Origin: Armatimonadota bacterium
GTDB lineage: Bacteria; Armatimonadota; SYMT01
Length of the DNA: 64,000 nt
Direction: 5' to 3'
NCBI GenBank assembly: GCA_041690135.1
Contig: JAWLHY010000003.1
Coordinates: 608,001 to 672,000, forward strand
Positions 29,265 through 38,727 of the stretch are shown in pieces. The translations under genes were made by a program, and so were the position numbers. The stretch's first letter is position 1; each line of letters starts with the position of its first letter. Below the pieces are notes generated by a model that was given only the letters and a program-made list of their open reading frames with translations, was not told where the DNA came from and searched no databases.

Positions 29265-30632
29265 ATGCTGCGCCTGGTCGGTAACGATCTTTCGGTCAAC
29301 TGTGCGGGGATGAAGCGCCGTAGTTTCCTGCAGGCCGGTTTCCTGGGCCTGGCGGGGCTGTCGATGGCGGATCTGCTCCGGATCCAGGCGGTCCAGGCCG
29401 CGCAAGGGGCGCCGAAGAAGAAGACGGCTTGCATCCTGGTGTGGCTGGATGGCGGTCCGCCCCAGCACGAGACCTACGACCCGAAGCCGGACGCCCCCGA
29501 GGAGTACCGCGGCGCCTACAAGCCGATCGACACCAGCGTCTCCGGGCTGCGCCTTTGCGAGTTGATGCCGGAGCAAGCGAAGATGGCCCACCGGATGGCG
29601 TTCGTCCGGTCGGTCCACCACGACAACGGGGACCACTTCGCGGGCGCGCACATCATGCTCACGGGCCGCTGGGGCGCTACCGGGGCGGACACCACCCCGC
29701 GCGCGCCTTCCGCCGCCAGCTTTGTCGCGGCCGTCCGCGGCGCCAACCGCGAGGGGCTGCCGCCCTACGTCGGGCTCGATAACCTCCACTCCGTGGGGAT
29801 CGTGCCCGGCTATCACGGCGCGAACTGGATGGGCGCGAAGTACAATCCGTTCATCGCGGACGACACCTCCGGCGGCAAGGTCGTCGGCACCCCGACCCTT
29901 TTCAAACAGACCGCCGACCAGACGCGCCTGACGAAGCGCCGCAAACTGCTGGATAAGGTGGATTGCCTCCGCAAGACGTTCGAACACGAGCCGAGCGTCA
30001 ACGCCACCGATCACTTCACGCAACTCGCCCTCCACACGCTCTTGAGCTCCGAGGTGCGCCAGGCGTTCGACCTCGACGCCGAGCCGGCCAAGGTGGCCGA
30101 GCGCTACGGTAACCACCCCTGGGCCCGCTACACCCTGCTCGCCCGCCGCCTCGTGGAGCATGGCGTCACCTTCGTCACCGTGAACATGGGCGGCTGGGAC
30201 ATGCACGACAACATCGCGGCCGTGGTGAAGCAGCCGGCCCTGGAGATGGACCGGGCCGTGGGCAATCTGGTCCGCGACCTGGACGAGCGCGGCATGCTGG
30301 ATCACGTTCTGGTGGTGGTGATGGGCGAGTTCGGCCGCACCCCCAAGCTGAACACGAACGGCGTGCCGGGCCAGACCGGCCTGCCCGGCCGGGACCACTG
30401 GGGCCAGGTGATGTCGGTGGCGATGGCTGGCGGCGGCCTCCGCATGGGACAGGCGATCGGCGCCTCCAACGACAAGGGCGAGTATCCCGCCGCCAGCCCG
30501 TACACTCCCGGCGACGTGCTGGCGACGATGTATCAGGTCCTCGGCGTGAACCCCCACACTGAGTTCCTCGATCGTGAGGGACGCCCCATGGTCGTTCTTC
30601 CGGAGGGGGAGCCCATCTCCGAACTGGTCTGA
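29265..30632 (+). CDS. DUF1501 domain protein
   Basis: KRRSFL, WLDGGPPQHETYDPKP, WDMH, MGEFGRTP, GRDHW. Confidence 0.92.
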   Translation: MLRLVGNDLSVNCAGMKRRSFLQAGFLGLAGLSMADLLRIQAVQAAQGAPKKKTACILVWLDGGPPQHETYDPKPDAPEEYRGAYKPIDTSVSGLRLCELMPEQAKMAHRMAFVRSVHHDNGDHFAGAHIMLTGRWGATGADTTPRAPSAASFVAAVRGANREGLPPYVGLDNLHSVGIVPGYHGANWMGAKYNPFIADDTSGGKVVGTPTLFKQTADQTRLTKRRKLLDKVDCLRKTFEHEPSVNATDHFTQLALHTLLSSEVRQAFDLDAEPAKVAERYGNHPWARYTLLARRLVEHGVTFVTVNMGGWDMHDNIAAVVKQPALEMDRAVGNLVRDLDERGMLDHVLVVVMGEFGRTPKLNTNGVPGQTGLPGRDHWGQVMSVAMAGGGLRMGQAIGASNDKGEYPAASPYTPGDVLATMYQVLGVNPHTEFLDREGRPMVVLPEGEPISELV

Positions 30633-30638
30633 ACGTAC

Positions 30639-30687
30639 CGGGTAAGGGTGCGGCGCGATCATCCCTCACGCGCCGCACCCTTACCCG
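30639..30687. repeat. Perfect 19-bp inverted repeat (REP-like or terminator hairpin)
   Basis: CGGGTAAGGGTGCGGCGCG-N11-CGCGCCGCACCCTTACCCG immediately after the DUF1501 stop. Confidence 0.75.
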
Positions 30688-30935
30688 TTGTTCTCGATTG
30701 GGTCCGCTCACGCCATCTATCTGACAACGACTTCTAGAGCGAGCGTCGCGGCCCTCGGGCACACAAGCCTCGGCCCGAGTCTCAAACGGCGGTCATGGTC
30801 CGTGGTCACCAAAGTGGCTCTGCGCTAGTGCTGCCCCAACTCCGTCGTATGTCAAATGCGATGTGGGCACTACGTCCGCTATCTGTCTCCGGGTATGATG
30901 TTCATGAACGTGATAGCTGCGTGAGAGACTAAACA

Positions 30936-31169
30936 GTTCATTCGGCTACAGTCGAAGAGGCGCGGACCCAGTTGGCTGACCTCATCCGGGCGGCCGTTGC
31001 CGGCGAAGAAGTCTTGATCCTGACCGGGGAGGAACTGGCGGTCCAACTGGTCCCACGGGCACCGAAGAAACGCACCCGGCAGTTCGGTAGTGCGCGCGGT
31101 TTGATCACGATGGAACCAGACTTCGATGAGCCGCTGGAAGATTTCGGAGAGTACACGAAGGTGAGGTGA
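30936..31169 (+). pseudogene. Orphan Phd/YefM-like (DUF2281-type tail) antitoxin, probably degenerate
   Basis: VHSATVEEARTQLADLIRAAVAGEEVLI..RQFGSARG...DFDEPLEDF. The homology region begins at GTT with no canonical start, and no toxin follows. Confidence 0.6.
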
Positions 31170-31268
31170 GGGGAGTGCCATATTTTGCACTCCCCTTCGG
31201 GGCAGTGGCTTAGGGCTGCCCACCGACGCTCCCATCTAACATACTGGGCACGTTGCTGGGCACGCAGA

Positions 31269-32606
31269 TCAGGCCTTGTGCATCGGGAGCTTCCACGGCT
31301 TCCGGTAGGGGCGCTCGTAGGACTGGGTGTTGCGTCCGGCTTTGCCCACCAGGTCCATCTTCGCCTTGTTCCACCGCACCGTCTCTCCGGCCAGCAGTGC
31401 CACGTTCGCCAGGTGGCAAACGATGGTGGTCTGCGCCATGGAGGCCAGGTTGGACCGCGGCTGCTCGCGCGATTTCACGCAGTCGAGCCAGTTCTGCCAG
31501 TGGTCGTTGGTGCCCTCGGCCTGTTCCTTCGGCAGCTCCTTGCCGGAGGGGTCTAGCACCTGCCACCCGCCGCGCCACACGCGCAGGGTGCGGCCGTCCG
31601 CGCTCACGAACTCCGTTCCATGGTCCGGGCGTCCGGGATGATCGCGGCCCGTCTCCCAGTGGAGCACGAAATTCGGCTCCTCGAACCGCATGATCGATTG
31701 GACCGTATCCGGAGCGGTGCGGTCATCCTGCGGGAAGGCGAGGCGTCCCCCATAGGAGCTGACCTCTACCGGCATCACGATATCGGTGCCCTGGCTCATC
31801 CCGAGCAGGGCGATGTCCATCATGTGCACCCCCCAGTCGCCCGTCATGCCGGTGCCGTAGTTCATGAACCATCGCCAGTTGCTGTGGACGTGGTTGGGCG
31901 CGTAGGGGATCATCTCGGCGGGGCCGGTCCAGAGCTCGTAGTCCAGGCCCGGCGGCGGGCTGCTCGGCTGCTGGTTGCCGACCGTGGCGGTATCGGTCTT
32001 CCAGGCGCGGGCCACCACGATGCGGCCCAGTTTGCCCGCCCGGATGTACGCCAGTGCGTCCGTGAACTCCCGCGTGCTGCGCTGCCAGGTGCCGACCTGG
32101 ACGATCCGCTTGAACTTGCGGACGGCGGCGTCCATCGCCCTGGCTTCAACGATGTCGTGTGAGATCGGCTTCTCGCAGTAGGCATCTTTCCCCGCCTCGG
32201 CGGCGTAGATGAGCGGCAGGGCGTGCCAGTGGTCCGGCGTGCTGATCACCACCGCGTCGATGTCTTTTCGCTCCAGCAGCTTGCGGAAGTCCTTGTACAC
32301 CTCCGGCTTGCGGCCGTACTTCTTCTCGACCGCCGCGAGATCTTTCGGGATGCGGCCCTCGTCCACATCGCAGAGTGCCGCCACCTCGACTTCCGGCTTG
32401 TTCATGAGCTGGTGCATGTTGTAGCTGCCCATCCCGTGGCAGCCGATGATGCCCAGCACCAGCTTGTCGTTGGCCCCCACCCGGTTCTGGGCGGCGGATG
32501 CAGTCCGGGTCGAAAGCACGCCCGAGGCGACGCCCAGGCCCAGGGCGGCGGTACTACCCGCCTTGCCGAGGAGCTCCCGGCGGGACAGGTTAGAACACTC
32601 TTTCAT
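31269..32606 (-). CDS. Tat-exported Gfo/Idh/MocA oxidoreductase
   Basis: SRRELL, TPDHWH, YCEKP, QVGTWQRS, DWGVH. Confidence 0.92.
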   Translation of the reverse strand: MKECSNLSRRELLGKAGSTAALGLGVASGVLSTRTASAAQNRVGANDKLVLGIIGCHGMGSYNMHQLMNKPEVEVAALCDVDEGRIPKDLAAVEKKYGRKPEVYKDFRKLLERKDIDAVVISTPDHWHALPLIYAAEAGKDAYCEKPISHDIVEARAMDAAVRKFKRIVQVGTWQRSTREFTDALAYIRAGKLGRIVVARAWKTDTATVGNQQPSSPPPGLDYELWTGPAEMIPYAPNHVHSNWRWFMNYGTGMTGDWGVHMMDIALLGMSQGTDIVMPVEVSSYGGRLAFPQDDRTAPDTVQSIMRFEEPNFVLHWETGRDHPGRPDHGTEFVSADGRTLRVWRGGWQVLDPSGKELPKEQAEGTNDHWQNWLDCVKSREQPRSNLASMAQTTIVCHLANVALLAGETVRWNKAKMDLVGKAGRNTQSYERPYRKPWKLPMHKA

Positions 32607-32671
32607 TTCACGCTCCTCTCTTGCGGCACCCGGTTCTCTGGTACACTAGAGACGGTGGAAGGAGACATCCG

Positions 32672-32896
32672 ATGAGTCGTACGCTCGAACAGTTGGTAGT
32701 CGATGACCTGAGCATTCCAGAACGCCTGGAACTGATCGGGATCCTCTGGGACAGCATCACCGATAACCCCCCTCATCCACCCGTGCCCGATTCGCACCTG
32801 GCAGAGATTCAGAGACGGCGAGCCGCCGCCAATGCGGACCCGCAGGGTTCCATCCCCTGGGATGAAGTCCGGGCACGGCTTCGGGGACGAGGATGA
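32672..32896 (+). CDS. Addiction module antitoxin (TIGR02574-like)
   Basis: GGAG RBS, LSIPERLELIGILWDSI..EIQRR..IPWDEVR. ATGA overlap with the toxin. Confidence 0.85.
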   Translation: MSRTLEQLVVDDLSIPERLELIGILWDSITDNPPHPPVPDSHLAEIQRRRAAANADPQGSIPWDEVRARLRGRG

Positions 32897-33189
32897 ATCT
32901 TCCCCTCTTCTTGCGCCCCGAAGCCGAAGAGGATGTGATTTCGGCACAGGATTGATACGAGCGACAGCGATCGTCCCTGGGAGATGGTTTCGTCCAAGAA
33001 CTGGCGAATACCTTTGACCGAATCATCCAGATGCCGGAGATGTACGCGGTCGCGTGGGAAGACGTGCGCTCTTGCCGTCTCCGGCGGTTCCCCTATATTA
33101 CCTATTACCGCATCCTCGACGATCGTATCGAGGTGCTCGCGGTACTCCGCGCAAACCGAGATCCCGCCACGCCCCGCAGTCGGGGCTGA
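32893..33189 (+). pseudogene. ParE/RelE toxin with nonsense codon at 32953-32955
   Basis: Hand translation: MNLPLFLRPEAEEDVISAQD*YERQRSSLGDGF..LRRFPYITYYRILDDRIEVLAVLRANRDP. The TGA sits where this family usually has Trp (WYE). Confidence 0.8.
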
Positions 33190-33250
33190 TCCGTGCCCGA
33201 GCTTGTAGGTCTTTCCTCCAAGTTATAGTCACGCTCCTGGCTTGACGAGC

Positions 33251-33281
33251 AAAAAAGGCCGCACCCGTGGGGGGTGCGGCC
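33251..33281 (-). terminator. Intrinsic terminator
   Basis: GGCCGCACCC/GGGTGCGGCC 10-bp stem followed by T6 on the minus strand, downstream of 33350..34069. Confidence 0.85.
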
Positions 33282-33349
33282 ATTCAGGAACACTTCTCAC
33301 ACTGGCTTGGGTCGAGGCGTAGCCGGTACCGGCCCCGCCTCCGAGGAGG

Positions 33350-34069
33350 TTACTCCACGCTCCAGGGGCTGCCGTCCTGGCCGCCGCCGAAGGGGGTGCG
33401 GAAGGGAACACTCTGGTCTTCCGCCACGGCGCCGGGCTTTAGCCACTTTACGTGCCCGTCCGCGAAGAGGAAGTTGGCGCCGTCCGAGTGGCGGATGCTG
33501 GCACGCGGCTGGGCAGCCTGGTAGTTGTAGGCCGTGGTATCGGACTGGAACGAGAGGCTGGCCCTGCCGTTCTCCATCTCGGCCAGCACAATGGTGGAAG
33601 CCGTCTGGTCGATCATCGCCTCGGGGCGACGCGAGATGGGGCTGGGAGCGGCCGGGTCCCAGTGGATCTCGTTGAACCCGTAACCGCAGAGACCGTCCCA
33701 CTCGCCCGTGGTGAAAGGACCCGCCGTCGGATCCCAAAGCGCCCCGGCCACACGGTGGCTCGGGCACTGGAAGATGCCGGCGTTCTTCACGTAGGGATGT
33801 ACGGCGATGCGCCAGGTGTAAGAGTTGGCGACCGTACCGGACACGCCGTACCACGACCCTGGGTACTGCTCATCGTAGTCCTGGGTGTACATCTGGATGG
33901 CCGTCCCGAGCTGCTTCATGTTGGAGCGGCAGCTCGAGGCCCGGGCGGCTTCTCTGGCACGGGCGAACACCGGGAAAAGGATAGCGGCCAAAATCGCAAT
34001 GATGGCTATGACGACTAGCAGTTCGATCAGGGTGAAACCCCGGCGCTTCCCGGAACGAATACCAAGCAT
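33350..34069 (-). CDS. Prepilin-type N-terminal cleavage/methylation protein, DUF1559-like with H-X9-DG motif
   Basis: [38 protein letters not shown] and [16 protein letters not shown]. Confidence 0.93.
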   Translation of the reverse strand: MLGIRSGKRRGFTLIELLVVIAIIAILAAILFPVFARAREAARASSCRSNMKQLGTAIQMYTQDYDEQYPGSWYGVSGTVANSYTWRIAVHPYVKNAGIFQCPSHRVAGALWDPTAGPFTTGEWDGLCGYGFNEIHWDPAAPSPISRRPEAMIDQTASTIVLAEMENGRASLSFQSDTTAYNYQAAQPRASIRHSDGANFLFADGHVKWLKPGAVAEDQSVPFRTPFGGGQDGSPWSVE

Positions 34070-34223
34070 TCAGCAAACCTTTCTATCGACGAGCCGGCGC
34101 GCGGCCCGTAAACTGCAACACGACCGTTGGACGCGCGGAGACTAAAGAAAGTTACGCTGATTCTTAGGAACTTCTAAGTGGTGCATTCAGACACGAGATG
34201 AAAACTAAGGGATTGGCCCAAAG

Positions 34224-35135
34224 TCACTTCTCGGACCGGAGTCGCAGATGCCTGGAGAAGAACTCCCGGATTTGGGTTCGCGCAGCCGGAGTGTTAAAGG
34301 CGGGACCGCCATGGCCCGCCCCAGGGAGCACCTGGAGCGAGCTCTCCACGCCGGCCCGCTGCAGAGCTTCGTGTAGCTTTACACTCTGTTCCAGCGGGAC
34401 CTGGGGGTCCGCATCACCATGCATGATGAGGAACGGCGCGTCTCCTTTCGAAACCTGGTGATACGCGCTTGCCTGTTTCGCTTTTTCCGGCAGGTCCCGG
34501 ACGGTGCCGCCGAGAAGCTGGGCCCCGTTAGTCCGGGCGAGCTGCTCGGTGGTCTTGCCCGGAGAGAGGACGTTGTTCGGCATCGTCAGGAGATCGCTGG
34601 GGCCGTACCAGTCACACACCGCCTGCACGCGCTCCACGGGTTCCGGGCACGGGAGCGTTCCCATCAGTGCCGCCAGGTGCCCGCCGGCGGAGCCGCCCCA
34701 CGCCCCCACCCGCTCCGGCGCGAGGTGATACCGGTGCGCGTTCCGGCGGAGCCAGCCGACGGCGGCGCGGCAGTCCTCGATCTGCGCGGGCCATCGCCCC
34801 TCCTGGCTGAGGCGATAGTTGATGCTGGCCACCGCGAAGCCTTCCCCGGTGAGCCAGCGCGCCGGGCAGTTCCGCTTGCTGCCCTGGTTCCAGCCGCCCC
34901 CGTGCACCCACACCACCACCGGATAACGCTGTTCCGGCGTCCCCTCGGGGAGGTAAAGGTCCAGCAGCAGCGGCTTCCCGTCCGGCGGGGCATACTCCAG
35001 GTCCCGGTGTACCGTCCCCTCCACCACGGCGTTCTGCGCCTGCCCCATAATGGGCAGAATCCCCACCGCCGTCGACAGCAACAAACCGGTGCACATCTGG
35101 CGCAGCACCCGGCGGCGATTCCTGTTCCGAAACAT
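34224..35135 (-). CDS. Alpha/beta hydrolase (esterase, HSL-like)
   Basis: HGGGW, GGSAGG nucleophile elbow, HGDAD..V, GAGH. Confidence 0.9.
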   Translation of the reverse strand: MFRNRNRRRVLRQMCTGLLLSTAVGILPIMGQAQNAVVEGTVHRDLEYAPPDGKPLLLDLYLPEGTPEQRYPVVVWVHGGGWNQGSKRNCPARWLTGEGFAVASINYRLSQEGRWPAQIEDCRAAVGWLRRNAHRYHLAPERVGAWGGSAGGHLAALMGTLPCPEPVERVQAVCDWYGPSDLLTMPNNVLSPGKTTEQLARTNGAQLLGGTVRDLPEKAKQASAYHQVSKGDAPFLIMHGDADPQVPLEQSVKLHEALQRAGVESSLQVLPGAGHGGPAFNTPAARTQIREFFSRHLRLRSEK

Positions 35136-35261
35136 TGAAGTACTCCTTTTGAACGTACCAGACCTGAAACCCACGTCGTGCTGTCGTGTAGCTCTCGCAG
35201 CCGCTCAGTCACGGCACTGCGGTGCCGAGCCACCCGTCAATTTCGCGGCTTCGAGCGCAGG

Positions 35262-36025
35262 TTGGCGAGAGGAGCAGCAGAACCCCGGCAGATGAGGCGG
35301 TGCCCAGTCATGAGGCTTGACGGAGTCTCGCTGTGAGGCGGGCCTTCGCGACCCTAGGTACGGGTACCCGTCGTCGTTCACCGTGGCACCCGCTGGCGCC
35401 CGGGCGTCCACCATTTCTCCCTCACGACATCCGGAGCCTTCGTGACGATTGTTACCGGTGCACGTAACCGCCCACCGCAGCTCTCCGGTACCTGGGCGCA
35501 CGCCGCTCTTCATCACGGGATCCGGAATCCACGCTCGCGAAGGCCCGCCTTCCAGCGGGACTCCGGGCATGACGCATGCTTACTACGGTTCATCCAGCGC
35601 TGGCCTCGCCCCCTGCATCTGGAGTCGCCGGACACTCCCGCATACTTCCAGGCGCGGCAAGGGGGTCCTGAAGCCTCTGTCAGTCCTTGAGATTTCGGGT
35701 CCGGCTTGGCGAGAGGAGCAGCAGAACCTCGGCTTGGTAATCGGTGACCAGTCATGGTGCTTGACGGAGTCCCGCTGCGAGGCGGGCCTTCGCGACGAGT
35801 ATTTGCGGGTGCCTGTTTCTGTCCACCGTGTCACCCGCTGGTGTTTGGCGCGCCATTCTTCATCACGAGCTGTGGGGCCTTCGCTACTTCTGGCACAGGC
35901 TGCCCTGGCTCTCTCCAGTACCAGAGCGTGCACCGCTCTCCATCACAGGGTCCGGAGCCCATACCCGCGAAGGCCCGCCTCGCAGCGGGACTCCGGGCAT
36001 GACCCGCGCGTAATACGGTTCATCC
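35262..36025. repeat. Two tandem diverged ~330-bp palindromic units (REPIN/MITE-like)
   Basis: Units start at 35262 and 35706. Each carries 29-bp inverted arms, perfect at 35766-35794/35966-35994 and imperfect at 35322-35350/35536-35564. Confidence 0.8.
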
Positions 36026-36078
36026 CCTACCGGATCAGTTCCACTCGTGACGGCCCGGTACAATACTCCTCTGCACTG

Positions 36079-38589
36079 TCAGAAGACCCCCAGGTACCGG
36101 CCCATCCAGTAGGGCAGCAGGTAGTCGATGCCGGGGCTGATGAGCTCCGGGCTCCCCGGATCCAGCTCCACTTCACTCCCGGATCCTTCCGAGGTCAGGT
36201 CCAGCCACAGGCCGGTCGTGAACGGGTCCCGCTGCCAGAGGAAATCACTGCGCCGGCCGGGCCGCTTGTCCACCGGCAGGGCCTCCAGCGCCACTGCCAT
36301 GGTCTTTCCGGTCCGCGCCTCCAGGCTCTCGTCGCCCACCTTGGGGAAGAGCGGATCGTACGGCGCCACCCGGTCCGGAAAGAGGCGGAGGAGGTAGCCG
36401 GGGTCCGGGGTGGCCTGGTTCGGGTGTCGGAATCTCCCTTCATCCGATGCGCGGACCAGCCACTCGTGCATGATCGCGCGGATCTCGTCCCGGAGAGGCA
36501 AACGGGGATCGCAGCCCCGGCTTTGGTCCGCCAGGATCCTGGCGCGATCCTCCGGCGGCTCGACCAATACCCGGAGCAGGTCGAAGTAAGCGTTCCGGTG
36601 GTGCCGGGTCGTCCGCCGCAGCATGGCATAGCAGTCCCGGAGCGCCTGTGCCGCCGGTCGGTCGCGGCCCCCGAGTCGCGTGTCGGGGGGCTCTACCCCT
36701 TCCAGAAACAGGAGCATCCCCAGTTGCGCGTGGAGCAGGTTGAACTTGTAGTATTTCCCGATCGGATCGAGACAGGCGGCCCACATCTCCGGCCAGAAAG
36801 CCGGGTAAGCACGCTCCATTTCCTGGTAGGCGGCGCTGAACTCCTCCGGCGAGACCATGCGACCGACCCGGAGGAACATGAGCCTGCCGAAGAAGTCGTT
36901 CAGGAAGTGGACCTTGATATCCCCGTTGGGAGGGGTGGGGACCGTCCAGCGGTTCCGGATCAGGTACAACAGGGCGGCACGAATCTGTCTCCCGGCATCC
37001 TCCCGCAGCGCTTCCGCCTGGGGTCCGGGCGGCTCTCCATCGGCGGTAGGCCGCCCGAGGAAGTGATAAGCGTAACCCAGGCCCAACATCACCCCAGTGT
37101 ACTGGTCCCGGCTGGGCGCGTGTTCGGCAGCCCCGTAACCATACCATTCTTCCCCGTCGATCCGCACCGGGCCATAATAGCGCTGCCGGGTCTGTTCCGG
37201 TGGGTCGTTCAGCGGGGGATCGGTCTGGATGGAGGATTGGGCCGGAAGAGCGCTGCGCGCCAGGAGACCTTCCCGTCCGGTGACGGCGAAGAGATTGCGG
37301 AGGCCCCGCAGCGACCTCTCGATCCGGAAAAGCGCGGCGCCCCGGTCTTCGCGGTGGGTGCTGTGGTAGCGGAACGCCTCTGCGGCCAGGTAGTGGCCGG
37401 TCCAGAGGGCGGAATCGATATATCCCCCATAACTTTCCCCGGCCCGGGGTGGGGACGGGGCCGCCACTTCTGGCCGGCACGCAAGAGTCGTCGACCGGCG
37501 GATGTCGAACACCGCGCCATAGGGCATATGCCGAACGATGGACCGCTCGAGCCGCGCGGCCGCCCCGGCAAAATCGATCGTGGGGGGAGCGGGGGTGAGG
37601 GTCACCGTCTCGCGCCCCCAGCGCTGGGGGAGATCGTCGGCGTGGCCGGTCAGGAGGTCGGTCAGCAGTTGGGGGAGAGCTTCCAGATCGGCGATCTGTT
37701 CGTCGATCGGCACCGTCACCGGAACGCGAAAGAATAGCACCCGGACGGACGTCTTCACTCTACCCCGGAGGTAGAGACCTGCGTGCTTCCCGCGCTCCAC
37801 TTCCAGATGCAGCCGGGCGCGGCTGTGGATCGGTTTGCCGTTCGGCTGCCGCACGGTTCCGGAGTACTCCTGGGCTTCGATCTGGCTGACCGTCACCTCC
37901 TGGGAGGCTCCCTGGATAGGATAGGTGCCGGTGGCATACTCCCCATTAGGAAAGAAGAGGTTGGCCGTGACATCATCGTCGAACGGCTGGTCAAAATCGA
38001 GATGGAGGGTGGCGGTGCCGCGGGGGAACCGCGGGGCCAACTCTGGAACTTCGGGGTGCGCCGCGGTCGGCCGGACCTCCGCATCCACCAACGCGCGGAA
38101 GGCGATCTGGACCGACACGGGGATCTTGATCTTGATCTGCGTGGAACCGATCCCCAGGCCGATCCTGTGCCAGGTCTCCAGCCGTCCGGCGAGCTTCACC
38201 CGCCAGCCTGCCGGATCCACGGGTAGCCCCAGGCGAAAGCGGCTGGAATCCAGGGCCAGGTACCCCGGGGCTGCGGAGAGGTCGACCTCCTCGGCCCGGA
38301 GCCGCGGAACCCGTACCTCACCGGTCGTCCGCCGCCCTTCCTCGATCCGCTGCCGGAGTTGTCGCTCCAGCGTCTTTCGGAACGCCCCCCACGGCTCCGC
38401 CAGTCGCGCGTTGACGGGTTGCAGCGCCTCCGGAGTGTTCCTGCTCTCGCCCCACGGCCGGACCAGTGCCGCCCTTGCGCCCGGCGAGGACTCCGCGGGT
38501 GCCGGCCGCGCCCGGGATGCGTCCGCAGCCAGTACGGTCCAGGCGCTCAACAACGCGACCCCACACCCGCGCCACCTTCTGCCGCTCAA
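36079..38589 (-). CDS. Large secreted hypothetical protein, C-terminal helical (possible alpha/alpha-barrel) domain
   Basis: 836-aa ORF with signal-like N-terminus. Motifs DSALWTGHYLAAEAFRY, SRDQYTG, PGIDYLLPYWMGRY. Confidence 0.7.
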   Translation of the reverse strand: MSGRRWRGCGVALLSAWTVLAADASRARPAPAESSPGARAALVRPWGESRNTPEALQPVNARLAEPWGAFRKTLERQLRQRIEEGRRTTGEVRVPRLRAEEVDLSAAPGYLALDSSRFRLGLPVDPAGWRVKLAGRLETWHRIGLGIGSTQIKIKIPVSVQIAFRALVDAEVRPTAAHPEVPELAPRFPRGTATLHLDFDQPFDDDVTANLFFPNGEYATGTYPIQGASQEVTVSQIEAQEYSGTVRQPNGKPIHSRARLHLEVERGKHAGLYLRGRVKTSVRVLFFRVPVTVPIDEQIADLEALPQLLTDLLTGHADDLPQRWGRETVTLTPAPPTIDFAGAAARLERSIVRHMPYGAVFDIRRSTTLACRPEVAAPSPPRAGESYGGYIDSALWTGHYLAAEAFRYHSTHREDRGAALFRIERSLRGLRNLFAVTGREGLLARSALPAQSSIQTDPPLNDPPEQTRQRYYGPVRIDGEEWYGYGAAEHAPSRDQYTGVMLGLGYAYHFLGRPTADGEPPGPQAEALREDAGRQIRAALLYLIRNRWTVPTPPNGDIKVHFLNDFFGRLMFLRVGRMVSPEEFSAAYQEMERAYPAFWPEMWAACLDPIGKYYKFNLLHAQLGMLLFLEGVEPPDTRLGGRDRPAAQALRDCYAMLRRTTRHHRNAYFDLLRVLVEPPEDRARILADQSRGCDPRLPLRDEIRAIMHEWLVRASDEGRFRHPNQATPDPGYLLRLFPDRVAPYDPLFPKVGDESLEARTGKTMAVALEALPVDKRPGRRSDFLWQRDPFTTGLWLDLTSEGSGSEVELDPGSPELISPGIDYLLPYWMGRYLGVF

Positions 38590-38727
38590 TCGTCCCCAGC
38601 CTTCCCTTACGTACTGCCTGCGTGCCGGTTCCGGGCCTGGTAAACCCTGCTTCCATCTTACCCAACAGGCGAGGAAGGCCGTCGTAGCAAGCGCACGAAG
38701 ATTCTTGGACTGGGGATGATCTTTCGC

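Noticed and set aside
32953-32955. In-frame TGA as a third selenocysteine
   Set aside because: The position matches the family Trp rather than Cys, and no SECIS-like hairpin comparable to the other two is present.
35262-36025. CRISPR array (also considered for 49488-49640 and 51240-51402)
   Set aside because: Only 2-3 degenerate units, no series of unique spacers between identical repeats, and no cas genes.
35449-37737. 762-aa plus-strand ORF
   Set aside because: Made of repeat DNA plus the antisense of 36079..38589, with no protein-like motifs.
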